Assembly: GCA_030704615.1 (NCBI GenBank)
Contig: CM060731.1
Coordinates: 57,598,001-57,662,000 of the forward strand
Direction: 5' to 3'
From: Takakia lepidozioides
Lineage: Eukaryota; Plantae; Bryophyta
Length of the DNA: 64,000 nucleotides
Shown here: positions 17,603 through 32,400 of the stretch, one piece after another
How positions within the stretch are numbered: position 1 is the first letter of the stretch
How the letters are laid out: every line of letters begins with the position of its first letter
Notes under the pieces: generated by a model
Told to the model about the DNA's origin: nothing
Database searches by the model: none
The model's input: only the letters and a program-made list of their open reading frames with translations
Program-made: the position numbers and the translations under genes

Positions 17603-19334
17603 AATATGTGCCTTCAGACCGTCCATTGGGCCCTCGATGGCCTGTGTGTTGAGCAGTAGGCTCTGTAAATTCACTGGACCCGAAACTTTATCTTTATCTT
17701 TATCCCTGCCCCAATTACCGAAGAGTAACCGACAATAACCTTGGACAAAGTTTATGATGCCAAGTTCAAATCAGGCTCTCACTCTCTCACTCCAAATGGT
17801 GTGCAGGCGTTATCAAAAGTTATAATAACCTTACACTAGTATTAATGCAACCAATGATCTTACAAGGGAAGCGTTATTTATTTGCATCCTAAAGCGTTGC
17901 CAAAAGAATTTGTTTGTGTTTATCGTGCCGTTAAAAAGCAAAACTCATCAGGGTGCATTCCGAAATGCAGAATGCACCAGCCATTAGATTTTTTTTAAAA
18001 AAAATTGGCATTTCTTTACGCAAGGTAACACCTCGTGTTGGGCATTCCCGGATTTTTGGGCCTTCCCCTGGGGCTACTGCCCTCGGCGTCAGGCCCTTAA
18101 ATCCGGGAATGCCCTCCACTCAGGGCATTACCCTATACATCAGGATTAGATTCTTTCCAACTGCTCAATGATCCTAAGAACTGACAAGGTATGGAAGTTT
18201 GGTCTTCTAGGCCTTGGCCACCATGGAGGGATTGCATAGGCTATATTTGGAGGAGTCACTAGTCACTACATCTGGATAAGATTGTGCTCGTTCTTTGCCA
18301 CAACCCTTAAATACTTAGCAAGGGTTGGCAGATGTCTGGCTGGCTTGACCAACATTTTCTCATCTTCTACATCCCTGTCTGTCTCCTATTCAACTCAATA
18401 GTAGGCGAGATATATGCTTAGAGCTCAGAGCTCATTTTCTTCCACTCTTCCAGTTTGTACTCTTCCCATTGAATACATGACATACAAACTAGGTTAACCC
18501 TTAGAGGACGAGACCTTTTGGTTGGCCACCCCCAAAAGTGTGCATACATGCCTTGTCAAGTGGATTTTAATGCTAGTTAAATTAACTAGTTTACTGATTA
18601 ATGTGAAACTAGTCAATTTACTAGTTAGTATGCAACTATCTAGTTTAAGATAATTAGTGTGAAACTAGTTAGGAAATAACTAGCTGTTACGTATTGACAC
18701 TAGAGTTGGCCGAAGTGTCAATCCAGGGCCCAAAGTTAATAATGGGCCCTGGGGGGAGTTATCCTCGCAACAGACGCGGTGAGGCTCATCTCTCTCAAGT
18801 TGAGCCTCACCACATCTGGCGACTTAGCTATGGCGTTGTGTACTGTTGATTCCCCAAAGCCTTGGGGTGCAGTGGGCTTGATTCTTATTTTATGAGTGAA
18901 ATGTTGGTTTGGGTTTATGCATCTTTTCACTCTAGAGATATCAGCTTGCATATATGAGTGCCAATGTGAGTTTAGTTTTAGCACTTCTGTTTGTTTTTGG
19001 GTTTTTAAGATGAGAGACAAATCACAATCTATGATGGCAATGGTGAGTGAGAGTTAGCTTTTCAATGTACTTGTGTTTATGTGATCTCTAGGTAGAAAAA
19101 TATACATGTACAAGTTTCTGAAGTTATAAAAGTGGCAGTGGAGCAATGGTTAGAAAGCATTGTAAGGCTGAATACTGCCTAGGGGCTTTGTCATTGCCGC
19201 TGGCATCATGACCTGAAGCCAAGCGTAAAGCCCTACGAGATTTTTTCCTATAGCTTTATGGGGCGGGTTATAGAGCAGAATGCACTATGGACCCACTTGT
19301 TTGGGACCCCCCTCTCTTTCAAATAGACCACCAA

Positions 19335-19408
19335 CAGTCAATAGCTCAGTTGGTAAAGTGCATTGAGTGCCATCCGGGTGACACTGGGTTCAAATCCTGC
19401 TACTTGAC
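19335..19408 (+). pseudogene. tRNA-like remnant (tRNA-Gly GCC-like pseudogene or SINE head)
   Basis: TAGCTCAGTTGGTAAAG D-arm/A box, TGCCA in the anticodon-loop position and GGTTCAAATCC T-arm/B box. Stems are imperfect. Confidence 0.45.
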
Positions 19409-20689
19409 GGGTGTGGTACGCTCTTCTCCCCCTTCCCTGCGGGGTGTCGCATCAGAATCTAAATATCATATCTTATGAAATTATTTCAAATACAATTAAG
19501 ATCATCAGTCCTCGTGGTCCCATATATTTTTAATCTGTATAAATTATATTGGGACCGCCAGTGCTAGCGGTCCCAATATATTTTTTAAATGTATCAAATT
19601 AAACTGGGACCGCCAACTTGGTTGCCGATTACTATCTCCTTCCGAAATGACTTTGAAAAGCTCCGTGGCATGGGTCGCAGAATCCTCCGTGTCTACAAAT
19701 GCCATAGGAATCGCCTAGTTGAGGGTCGGCTCTGGGTTCCACATATTCTTGAGAAATTCACTGCCTTTGAACATTGGGACATCATCCTCCTCCAAAATGT
19801 TTCCCTGAAGGCTTCGTTTCCATTTTTCGACCAATGCCTCCACCGAGATTTGACGGCTTGTTGAGCTCTGGCGTGTCAGAAGCCCACTTGTGGTACTTGT
19901 GAACCGATTCTAGGTAACGAGTGTTGTGTGCATACTCCTCTTCCAATTCTATCCGTCCCCGTGGTACGCGTCTAGGCAGGGCACGACCAATCCCCCTCAT
20001 CGACATTCTAGGCCAGTGCTTCACCTCACCGAATACGTTGCTTGTCTCATTGTTAAGTCCAAACCTGATGAAGAGGTCCAAAATTTCCATCTTCTCAATT
20101 GTATCTTGATTCCTTTACTCCAAATTGTCCGCCATCTTGTCTATGCGTTTGAACAGTGAAGTGCTCCTAGAAATGAAAGTTTTTTCCTGCATTTTACTCG
20201 GAGCTCTCTGTAGAGCCAATGGTTTAAAGTCCAAATCCTCAATGTCAGGATTTCCAGACGTAACTCTACCCCAAACAGTTGCAGTTTGAAAGAAAACTGA
20301 GAGAGACGGAGTAATAGGAACTCAGATCTGAAGCATACCTTACCACCATGCCCCCTTTCCTAGAAAACAATGTGTCAGCCCATCGTGACTTTCTCCCTGC
20401 AGTGCCCCAACTTCCCCGTGTCTCCATTCCGCAACTCTCTAGATAGTGGAATTGAGAATGAAGGCCTTCATATCCTTTTATATATGCATTGAGCAATGTC
20501 AATTTCCTACCTCCGAGGCTTGCTGCCAAGTCTCTACCCCTAAGGACACACCGGAATCTCTACCCACAAAAGAGACCCACCAAGTCTATACCCCCGAGGA
20601 AAGACCCAAGTCTCTAATCTCGAAACATCCAAAACGCTCGTAGGCACCCAAGATGCCCGAAATGCCCAGGAGTGCCCGAAACGTCTTCA

Positions 20690-21075
20690 AAACTCAGTTA
20701 ATTTCTGTCCTCGAGCCTGCTCCCGAGACTTAGGCAGATTTCTGTCCTCGAACTTGCTCTCGGGGCTTATGCAAAATTCTGTCCTCAAGCCTGTCCTCGG
20801 GACTTAGCCAGATTTCTGACCTTAAACCCTGCCTTCGGGACTTAGCCGAATTTATGTCTTCGAGCCTGCTCTTGGGACTTGGGCCAATTTCCGTCTTCAG
20901 ATCCTACCGCCGGGACTTAGTTAAATTTCTGTCCACAATTGTGCTTTCGAGACTTAGCCATATTTCTATCCTCGAATCCTGCCTTTGGGACTTAGCCAAA
21001 ATTCTGTCCGCAAGCATACTCTCTGGACTTAGGCAGATTCTTGTCCTTGAACCCTGACTTTAGGACTTAGCCAAA
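20690..21075. repeat. Degenerate ~37-38-bp tandem repeat, ~10 units
   Basis: Units like ATTTCTGTCCTCGAGCCTGCTCCCGAGACTTAGGCAG, ending in GGACTTAGCC. Confidence 0.8.
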
Positions 21076-21239
21076 TTTTCGCTTATCCGGGAAGCACGAT
21101 CTAGACCGTCCAAGATCGGACGGTTCGGATTTAAAGTTGTCGACCCTCGACCTGGCCTTATGATTAAAAAAGAGGAGCGGGAAGCCCAAAGGCTTCGTGT
21201 CCCAAAAATTTCTTTGACCACTGCTGTTCCTCAATACAA

Positions 21240-22930
21240 ATAAACCAGATCCCACCCAGAGGAGCCAGGCCAGGAAATGGTCAGCATGGGACTTCAGGGG
21301 GGTGCGCAGGGTGGCTGACATTTGGAAGGTTGACGCCTTTGTCTCCAAAGACCACATTTCCACCATCCTAGGGAAGAACATGACCAACTCATCCTACGAC
21401 TCCCTCATTCAGGAGGTTTCCAGCCAATGGCTGCCTAGTCTCCAAGCAGGCCCTAGCACACCAGCCTTCAATTTTTGGACCCTGGGCATAATCCAATCCA
21501 GCCCCTTTTTGTCACAGAAGTAGACGAGGTGAACTACAAGGGTTTTCCCTTCCATGTTGACACTGACACCATGAAGCTTAAACTGCAAAGCAACTACCCC
21601 CTCACATTACCGCGCTTTCCCCACACCCCCATCAGAAATTTGTTGATGGTCTTCTCCGGCAAAAGAGATGGACCCTGTCCCTCCAATCAACGTCCCCCTA
21701 TCCCTATGGCTCGGTTCCCAATCATTCATCTGGATATCAGGCAGGCCGTTGGCAGAACTGGAATTCGATCCAAAGGAGTGGGAATGGACATTTGCACGCT
21801 CCAGAGACCCCTTTCTAGACTACACAACCAAGAAAGCGTACCTGGCACTCTCCAATCCCCAGCCCATGCAAGCCAAATGGAACGAGCGGTGGAGCCACTT
21901 CCATTTCACAAACGAGAACTGGAACTCCATCTGGGCCACTATATGGAGCAAAACGAGACCATCCAAAATAGCAACATTTCTGTGGCAAGTAGCTAACAGG
22001 GTATTGAAGGTGGGGGAGTGGCTAGGATTTAACAACGCCCTCCTATATAAATGCTGCTCATCTGCTGTTATGGAAACCCTGGAGCATTGCCTTCTGCAGT
22101 GCTAGGCTCCATCTGCCATCTGGCCAATGGTGAAGGCCTTCTATAGGCGCTGGAATCATACTAATCTATCACAGGTTCACATCCTCCCGAACTACGACCA
22201 GGGCTCAAAAACTAGGGCTCTACCATGCCCTGTATTCGACACTCTCAGAAGCTCAACCCTGTGGCACTTGTGGAGAGCCAGATATAATAGAACGTTCTCA
22301 GCTAGAACTTGTGGGATCTTTGCTCTCCTCACACTTATTTACCAGGACTTGCAAATTGAGGCTAAGAAAGCGTGGAAAAAACTTTGTGCAGATGTTGCGA
22401 GAGCTCCATGACAGGCAGATCTGCTCCATGCCAACTTTACCTCGACTTGGGGGTGGGAGGGCATCCTATGCTGCAGCGCAAATCCGGACAGCTGCGATTG
22501 GAACATCTTACCCCCACAAGAATGGAGAGACATCAGGGGCACCGTTCACAGCTTCGCCGAAGTTTGACAGGGACATCAATTGGAAGCACATCAAGTAGTC
22601 TTCTAAAGCCTCCAAGCTAAGCTTTCGTTGAGTACTAAACACAAGGGTAGTGAACAGGAGGCAACGTCTCATTGCATCACTCCAGATTCGGCGAGATTCT
22701 CAGGACCCTTAATCGGCAGTACTCATAGAATGGCATAAGTAAGATTTAAAGGCCATAGGCCTTGCTGCTTTGTTTACACTCTGCCTGAGTAGGCACGATC
22801 TCCCTTCACTGATTATGGTCTGTGTGCCTTATGGCGATATCGAGGGTTTTAATTTTTTCCCTCCAATAATTCTAATAAATGAACCAGGGCTAGATCCCTG
22901 TTCACAAAAAAAAAAAAAAAAAAAAAAAAA
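21240..22930 (+). mobile_element. 5'-truncated L1-clade LINE (ORF2 C-terminus with zf-RVT, 3' UTR, poly(A) tail)
   Basis: YTTKKAY...WNSIWATIWSKTRPSKIATFLWQVANRVL...CCSSAVMETLEHCLLQC. AATAAA followed by an A-run at 22905-22930. Confidence 0.85.
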
Positions 22931-24117
22931 CACACTTGAGAATGGTTTAGTTTTGGAAGATCCTTGCAATTATTGGAGCATATTATATTGGAGTTGTAGT
23001 TTCAGGCATGTCTATATGTGGACCTTGGGAGTCCACTAGTTGCCATAATACATTAATGGTATGAAAATACGTCAATGTGTGACCACAAGTTTGTAAAGAA
23101 ATGCAGCATGTCAATGAAACAAAAGAAAACATGGGACATGAAGTTGTATGGTACAAAATAGACCCTATCATTATTTTATTGCATTCAATAAATTGAGGGA
23201 CTAAATAATTACGAAAATAATATTATAATAAATATTTGCATATAATGTATAATTTGTCTAGATGAAATAACATCATTCATTTGGGCCTATTTCTATACCG
23301 CAATAGAAGACGTCACATTGCTGATGTTCTCTCTGGAGCAAAATCTGAGTTTCTCTGCACTTCATCACCATCACCATGATTGGTGTTGTAATCATCATCT
23401 TCATCTTTTCTGTTATTTCCAGAATCTGTAGTTGGTGTTCGAATATGCAGCTGACCTCAAGCACCATCATATATGGAATAAGGCCTTACACTACTATAGT
23501 TGCATATATGTCAGGAACACCTCATGCGGCTACTATTTTATTATCTCATTAAAATCCCCCCTCTGTAACATTTGTTACAATTTGCAAGCAGTTCTAGGAC
23601 CTCTTGTTTGTGGTTGCCTCCTTTAAAGCCTAGCCAACACCATGCTTTTTAGGACTCTAAACTTGCTTATTCTAAGCTTGAGCTTTAGGCAACAAACTAA
23701 AACCTGAACTAAACTTCACAAAGCAACTAAGAAACGAATGAAGAAGTGGTGAGCAAGTTCACATTTCTACTCTTATATACTAAATAAACAATAAACAGTG
23801 ATGGGTGGATGGAATATCCAATTATCCACGGATGAGGAAAGATATTATCCATTTTCAATTGGTAGGTAGAAACTTCATCCACCAGCTGCCCTAGGGTGCA
23901 CTTAGATATTTTAGGCCCTCAAAATCCTTCCATCTGAATTTGGGTGGCCACGAACGTCCGGAAAACCCGAAAATAGGTGCCGTCGCATTCTAGCAAAAAA
24001 TCCTAAAACTTGGTCATAAATTTTCCTCGGGGTACCCTTGAAATCCCTATCAATGTGTAGGTTCATTGAATTCGACCTCCATTCATGAAAAAATACTGAG
24101 CCGCAACGACCTCCACG

Positions 24118-24705
24118 TAAAGACTCACATTCCATAATTGTTTGTCCATTTATAGTTCTCTAAACCCTAAACCCTAAGCCCTTAAACGTAACTCCAGTGT
24201 TTGATGCGCATTCTTCATAGACTAGATACAATCTGTGGTTGGGAAATTTTATTCCCTAAACCCTAGGTGACAAGTCATTTGTACCCTTCCCAATATTTTC
24301 TTTTCCATTTATACCGAGTATTATGGTTAGTACCCTCGCAAACTCTATACCCTAAAACCTAATTTCAATGTTTGATGCTTATTTATTTATTACTTCCAAT
24401 TTTGGATACGGTCGAAGTGGTGGGGATAATATTTCATGAATTGTTCTACGTATGGGTAAAGACTCAAACTCCATAATTGTTTGTCCATTTATAGTTTTCT
24501 AAAACCCTAAACCCTAAACCAAACTCCACTGTTTGATTCACATTCCTCATAGAAATTTGGATACAATCTGTGGTTGGGATATTTCATTAACAAATTTCAT
24601 AGGTGTCAAGTCATCTGTACACTTTCCCATATTTTCTTTTCCATTCATACCAAGTACTATGTTTCAATGTACCCTAGCAAACTCTATAGCCTGAAACCTA
24701 ATTCC
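24118..24705. repeat. ~340-bp-period diverged direct duplication containing AAACCCT motifs
   Basis: 24118-24370 resembles 24458-24705 (TAAAGACTCA..TCCATAATTGTTTGTCCATTTATAGTT..AAACCCTAAACCCTAA...). Confidence 0.75.
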
Positions 24706-26589
24706 AGCTTGGTTCAATGACTTTATAGCTGAATCTACATGACACTCTTCCACAATATTTGGTTGTCATATGAACCTTTCGGAATGATCCCTAAATATTT
24801 TGAAACATAATTCACATGTTTAATTGAAATCCAACCTTATTCCATTCAACGTTTTAATCCATCAATTGAAAACACAAATGAAAAGTAAACATCCATATCA
24901 TGCTTACAGTATAGTAGTACCATGAACCAATGTATTGCAAGTTTATCTTCTTGAATCATCTCTTTATGTCATACATCTATCAATTTATTAATAACTTCAT
25001 TCAATCGATCTTATCTTTATAATTTTCTGATGCAAAGTACGTCATTCGACTTACCATTCGATGTTACATGAATGGGATTGTGCAACTTCACAAGTTAAAT
25101 GACTCAATATTCCACGATATTATTATTATTACTTGAATTAATTTTAATTATGTTATATATTAAGTTTGGTCCGGATTTAAGCCAAAAGTCCGGAATTACT
25201 TAAAATAGGGTTGCATACCCGGATGTGCGATAAGCGGCAGGCCACACCATGGGCCAAGTGTTTTTGCATTTGGCCTATTATTGAGGGAGCTTTGAAAAAT
25301 TAACTATCAATGAAAGCCCAAAACGGGCCTATTGGGCGCTTAGGGTTAACAAGGGAGGAAAGCTTGAACCTTACACTAGCCTTGAGGATTTGGTTACAAA
25401 TGATTACACTCTAGAAGCTTCGCGTAGTTATAAATTTGGACGTGATGTGGCACTAACATGTCAGTGTCACGTTGAAAACGGATGTTGCACGTTGTAATTT
25501 GTTTTTATTTTTTATTTTTATAATTTATTTATATTTAATTTATTTTAAGCCATATTGTCTTCAGCTTATAAAAATTGTTTGTTATTTAATTATCACGTGA
25601 ACTGCCGGCGGACATTGAAAGCATGATCTGTTCATGCAAGCACCCTTTTCTGATTGGTCACAAAATCAAAAGACATCATAAGGTAGTGCGCGAAATAGGA
25701 ACGTGGTTACAGTTGAGGGCAAGAATGGGTGAATTGAAAGAGTTTTAAATGTAGATACCGAAGAACTCATGAGGCGAGATCGTCAACAATTAGGTTTTAC
25801 CCTAAAATTGTTGGACCAAGGGAACCGGATGTTATGTTTAAGTTAGGGTTGCATACTGACGTAACGTCAGGTCACATTAGGTCACATCGGATGTGACGCT
25901 GACATGGACCTACATCACGTCAATTTTATATTTTATAAATAAATAAATAAAGATGGGTAAAAGAAAGATGTCACATGAGCTAAAATAAATACGAAAAAAT
26001 AGTCACGTGACCTAAATAAACAACAAAAAAAATATCAAAATCAGCTGTGATAATCTGTCAAATTGATAATTCAGGACCGCAATCCTGATTCATTAATATT
26101 TCTTAATAAATCGCTACCTCCAGAGCTGGCAGTCCCAATATATTAAAATTTTAATAAAAACTATAAAGTCACATATTCAATTTATTATTTATATTCTTGA
26201 GAATTTGGGACCGCCAGATTGGGGATAGCACAAGTAAGGTCCATCATACAAGTGGGGGTAAATTCGGAGAGAGCAGGATGTGTAGAAATGAACTTTAAAT
26301 TGACATCTTGCCTAAAACAGTCGAGGCGGAGGAAACAAGGCTTGTTCGGCCTCACGATAGATTATGCGGGTGCATTCACGTCCATCCCACTAAGGCATAT
26401 TCAGTGGAAAATCAATTGGAGGGGCTGGTACCCCCGATGAAAATTAAAATCCAACTCCAAGGCTTGGGTCGCCGATGAAGAGTTGACCTTGGGAAAATCA
26501 CGATGAAAAGGAAGAGCCAAATTGAAGGACCTACTGGAATTAGTAGAATAGGGAAGGGAATATAGACAACTTGGAAAAGAGACGAGCAT

Positions 26590-27786
26590 TCCCAATTGCT
26601 CAATTCTGTTTGCAGTTTCAAATGCCTCCTCCACTGTATTATGGGGTAACATATCCACTTTCTTTTGCAACTCTGGTCTTAGTCCACTCACAAACCAAGT
26701 CTTCTGTAAACCTGGTGCTGGTACTGCAGCCAGCTTTTTCATCATCAATTCCATCTTTTCCATATATTCCTCAACAGTTTCATGCTTCTTTTGCTTTAAC
26801 TGTTGTAAACTTCCATACACTTCATCCTCAGTTTTACTTGTCCTGAACCTATTTCGGAATGCTGTATTCAAGCCATTCCAGGTTAGGAAATGATTATCAG
26901 GGAATCTTGCATACCATTCACTTGCTTTCTTGATAAGTGAACAAGGAAACAATCTCATCTTGGCATCATCGTCATTCTCATTGTTCACTATACACATGTG
27001 CTCAAATTGGCTAATGTGTACACCGGGATCCCCTTTTCCTGAATATATTGGAAAATGTGGTTTTGTCCGTGTTGGTTGTAACGCCATCTGTGGCCCTACC
27101 TTCTGCCCACTGACAGGTGCTGGCACCCTTGCTGGTGCTGGTCCTTCTGGATTGGTTATTGTTGTGGTGGATCTTCCACCAAGTGGTGGCCCTTGAGCAC
27201 TCCCTGCTACTGGCCCCACGATATTCACAGTATTTCCAGCTTCAGTTGCACTACTTCCCACACTCCTCGTCCCCCCAGAGCCAGATCCAGGCAGCCCGCC
27301 TGATCCCCATGAGCCGACACCTTCGTTGGCCTGTGATCCAAGTGCTCCACTTGATCCAGGTCCAACGGGTTGGGATGTCATGGCTGTAGTCTCAACCTCA
27401 GCTGTTGGGTCTACTTCTTCATACCCCTCCTCTTCCAATTTCTTCTCTCTATTTTCATCCTCCAAGTTCTGCCCTTGGGTTTCTTCTTCACTCATGTAAC
27501 TCAACTGCCATGGTGTTGGAGAGTCTGAACTCTCTGTTGGCTCTGCCACATCCTCTCCTCCTTCTTCACCTTCCGCTTCAAAAACTGGAGTTCCTGCTTT
27601 TGGTGTTCCATGCCAACTCTTATCAAAGATTTCTGTCAAATCTTTTATCCAGGGATATACCTCAAATCTTTCACCTCGTGATTGATCTTCTTCCCGTACC
27701 AATTCCCTTAATCTTTCTTGCAAAGAAACAGAATGAGTGGCATCCAACTCTAGTTCTTCCGGTATGGGTGAGCTTAGCATACTCAA
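26590..27786 (-). mobile_element. Ty3/gypsy retrotransposon gag (retrotrans_gag domain), truncated
   Basis: FPIYSGKGDPGVHISQF...LFPCSLIKKASEWY...TWNGLNTAFRNRF...LKQKKHETVEEY...WFVSGLRPEL. No downstream pol. Confidence 0.85.
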
Positions 27787-29445
27787 TCAAAGACCCGGAT
27801 ACCACGGTTCAAACAAACTTGGAAACGGAAGAAAATGTATGATACTGGGATGAGAAACGAAGCCACTTGGGGGAAAAGACTCTCAAGCCTCCCCCGTCCA
27901 ACTGGAGCCACCGCCTCATCTTACTCAACGAGGAACTCCTCATGTGTTTCCATCCAAATTTTTGACTGGCCCCGCTTCCAAAGTGGCCAACCTTGACATT
28001 AGGTGGGGACAAGAAGGCTGAACACAGGATTGTCAAGGAAGGCTATTGCCTCGGAAACTTTGGGACGAAAACTGTGCCAGTGACGCCAGTTTTGGTCCAC
28101 CTTAGTACCCTACATCTACCAAGGGGAGCTGTTCCACATGGCGAGGAGGCTGGGAGCGGGGACCAGGAACAGGGGAGCGAGCCGTGTTCCATAGGGCGAG
28201 GAGGCTGGGAGCGGGGAGCGGGAACAAGGGACAGGGATAGGGGAGCAGGCCTAGGAACACGGGAGCGGAGTGAAGATCTTGGACTAAAAATTATCTCTTA
28301 GATTAAAAAATAAAAAATAAATATGTACAACCAATCACTCAACATGCTTCAAGTGTGACAATTCAAACCTCAAACCTTATTACTATACTGCATACTACCT
28401 AGCCACTGCACTTACCGTCCGCTTTTTGCTAAATCTTTGATTTTTAATGTAGAATACAATATGCCCACCCCCCAAAAAGGGCAGTAGCCACAAGGTGAAG
28501 TGGCTCTTGGTTATGCCTGCCGAGGGGGTGAGGATTTGACAACGCCCAGCAGGAATGTCGCCAGTACGGCCACTGAGGCGAGAAGGATCCCAGGCTTGCA
28601 TTCAACTAAGCGTAGTCGGGTAAGCGTAGTCTTCTCCAACCCCCAGTCGGATAAGATGAAATAATTTCCTTCTTACCTAGACTGGGAGGGTATGTTTAAA
28701 ATAATATACCCACACAACACTGGTGTGAACTAAGCATATGCGTATGGGATTGAAAACAGTAGAATGAAAGAAGTGTGATCCTTACTCGCTGGAACACAGT
28801 ACTTGAATGGGCCATGCTTTTTGTCCACACAACGTCGCTCCATGGCTTACTTACAAGTTATTGGATGCCAAAAGCAAACAGCTTCAAACTTGATCATTTC
28901 TTGTTTGGAGGAGAGACAAATTACTGGGATTCCCGGACACAGAGTCCGAAGGCCAAGGAACCGGCACGCCGGCCGTGCAAATCCCATAGCCGCCTCTTTT
29001 GAAACCACAAACGGACGGGGAAAGTCATGCTTCTAGAACTTTCCCGCTGATACAATGCAAATTGAAGTTCTTCCACCGACGCGATCGATCCGCCTGGGCC
29101 AACGGACGGCTGAAGAAGCATTGTTATTGTGGGATTGTTACTCAATCACCTTATATGAGGCAAAAACCGTGATATCTGTTGAGCAGCATCTCAGACAAAA
29201 GTGACATCGAACTGGAGATCAGGCTCATGTTTTGTGGGCCCTAGCATCTATGTCCCCTCCAATCCAGCCGCCGGAAGTCAAGGCACGCATCCCAAGGCCT
29301 TTGCAGATTGATCGCGAGCTGTGATGCCCGTAGCCTCCTGAACTGGGCTTTGTAGTTATAAGAACATGGCGACTGCCAGGCTCCATATCCCTGTGCAGGA
29401 GATTTGGCTGTGAGGGTGGTGAGGAGTTTACTGTCTCAGGAAAAG

Positions 29446-32400
29446 ATGGAGGGGACCCCCGTGAGAAGAGTACCCACGTGGACGTGTGCAGTGTGGCTAG
29501 TGCTGGTGCTGCATGCTGCTACTTACAGCCTGGGTGACTTGGACCTTGGGGGACTCGGAAACCCCAGGAGAGGGCTGGATGATGCATACGGCAGCTTGTG
29601 TGCTTCCATCATCTCATTGAACGGCTACCCCTGTACAGAAATCACGGTCTGCATTGCTTACTGTTGCCTTACATCTTCCATGATGTGTGCTCGATACATG
29701 TCAATTTTTCAATTCTTAGTCTGGACTCATTGATCTTGGTCGAATCTGTTCGATCCTAGGCAGGCAGGCAGCTATTTGAACGCACATAAATCATGAAAAT
29801 CTCTAGTCGTCAGCTATAGAAGCAGCACTACAGAGAGCGACCACTATAGACGGCCATGAGCCGTGGGAAAAAAATTTAAAGGATTTGGGTCACTGATCAC
29901 TCAAATATCGGTACACTAACTCAGTGATCTGCTTAGATGGCTAGCAGTTTTAAATATTGCACAGCCAATTGACCCTGTAACCAGCATGTGTCGAGCCCTT
30001 TACAGGTTCAGACATCGGATGGCTATCTGCTGGGGCTACAGCACATTCCATATGGAGCGAGCGGGCCAGGATCTGGAAATCGACCACCTGTCTACCTTCA
30101 GCACGGGTTGCTTGGGGTACATATCCATTGTCCAAGCTACTGCCGAGAAGCTCTGATCCTCAAAAGATTATAGGAGATGGATCGTCTACCATGGTGCATA
30201 TACATCAGATAATGGAACCTTGGTTCAGATAAGTAGATCGAGGCTGGGATCCAAACTGAGAACTTTATTCGAGACAAGAATTGAGAATCAAGATATTTAC
30301 GTTGAAATGAATCCACCGTTCAGTCCACGGAGATAGGGCCACGTGGACATGGACACTGGCGTAACATCTGTTGAAAGTTCCGAAACTCCAATTTCAAGCC
30401 ACAAATCGTGTGCGGGAATCATTATCGAGACCAGAAGATAACTTGAGATTTAAAGCTGTGGAGCTGCAACTACCCTACTTCCCAATATGCCTAGGTAGCA
30501 AATTCGCGATCCATGACAGTGATAGAAAATAATCATATATATGCATTTCACAGCAGCAGTGACTTTGTACACATACATATATAAGTCACCTCCAGGCAAT
30601 TGCCTTACTTGGCACTTCCTCATCTGAACAGGGTGGAGACAATTGGGTGTTGAACTCGCCCCAAGAATCATTGGCGTACATTCTGGCGGATCAAGGCTTT
30701 GACGTGTGGATCGGCAACATGCGTTGCATTCGGTGGAGCTCTGGCCACGTCAACCTCTCACCAACAGACTCGGTACTTGCACTTTCCCATGCCACTCGGA
30801 GTTTCTGCGACCCCCTCTTCGAAAAATGATCCCCAACTGAAATGAAAGCCAGATGCGAAGTACTTAGGTAGGATAACCTCTGATGTCAAAACTTTGGATT
30901 GTTCTTCAGCAATTTTGGTGTGCCCCCTCCAATGCAGGACTATTGGGACTGGTCATTCGATGAACATGCATCGATTGATTTGCCTGCCCTGGTATCGTAC
31001 GTCTACCAGGCAACTGGCACTCCCATCTACTACGTGGGTCACTCCCAGGTACGAAGTTTATGAGACAGGTTTCACAAAGGTTAACAATGCCAGGTTGCTA
31101 CTTCCTCGTGCTCTTCTATGGATCAGCCCCATTTGTGTTGTGAGCTCAAGATCATGTTACTAGACATATTAATTGAGATAAATGAGAGAAAAATTATAAC
31201 GTTCTCAGTGCCTAAGGACGTCGATAGTGTACCGAGTAGTGTACCTAATTTTATAAAATGTGAGCTGGTTGCTCAATTGATATCGGTTTCTTTATAATCA
31301 TGTTGGTTTCTCGCAGGGTACAATCATGGCCTTAGCAGCTTTCTCACAGTCAACACAGTTGACAGATATGGTGAAAGCAGCTGTGTTGATGAGCCCAATC
31401 TCATTTTTGCAGCACATGACGTCAGTAGTTAGTAATGTCGCTGCTGATCTCATGGTTGACTCGGTACTGTATCAAGATCATGCTTTTGTTATATTATACT
31501 TTTGCAATGGTGCACAATCTTGAGTTGGAATGTGCTAGATCAAAATATGAGATATCAAGGACTAGTCTGGCAAGTTACCAAGGCCCCTAGTTGTAACATG
31601 TAAATCTGCTGTGCATGCTTAGTCGACTTGTCCGAATTGCCACCGAGATCTCGTCTTACTTGGAGTGCTCAGATTTTGAATGTGGCAGGTTTTCAAGTTG
31701 TTTGGTATTCAAGAATTCAACGTGTACAAGTAAGTTTTAAGCCAGGGATGCGAGTTCCTAAAATAGATGCATTTATTTATGTATGTCAGCTTGGCTTCGA
31801 GTGCAAGTCTGCACTAGGTCGCCATTTGATACCTCGGGTGAATGCTTTCGAAAGAAATCAAGCTTATTTGAAATGGAAGAGCACAACTGTAACTGAGATC
31901 CTCCCAACATTTGACACAAGAATTGTTCTTGAGAAACGGTCATATTCAGTCCGAGATTCAGTCATATTTGTACTAATTCTCAATGCCAGTCCTCTCCGAA
32001 TTTTTCAAGGTGTTTTGATCATGCAGTGACGTAGGTTCAAAGCTACTGGGCCTGGCGTGCTCAGTAAACGGCGTGAATTGCGGTGATCTGGTCACCGCTG
32101 TTACAGGTACTTCTCTCATCAAATGAGCACTGCAGGTACAATCACTGGCCGACACTCTCTGGGGACCATGTACTGCACCGAGCTGCAAGCTGTATCCGAG
32201 AGAGAATACTAGAGGGCTCTTTGGGCCCCATCAATTAATAGTAGACGATGCTCGATGAGTCCGGCTATTAGAATTTGAATTTGCTGCCACAGGGTCGTCC
32301 ATTTGGGAGGTTGCAGGCATCGGTACTGTACATGAGATTTGTATTGCATGATCCAAGTCTTTCTCTGAGCTCGCAGCAAGGTAGTCTGAATCTGGGCCTT

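Noticed and set aside
19335-19408. Functional tRNA gene
   Set aside because: Acceptor and anticodon stems pair poorly. Kept only as a tRNA-derived remnant.
24160-24520. Telomere or interstitial telomeric array
   Set aside because: Only 2-3 AAACCCT units at a time, inside a duplicated repeat.
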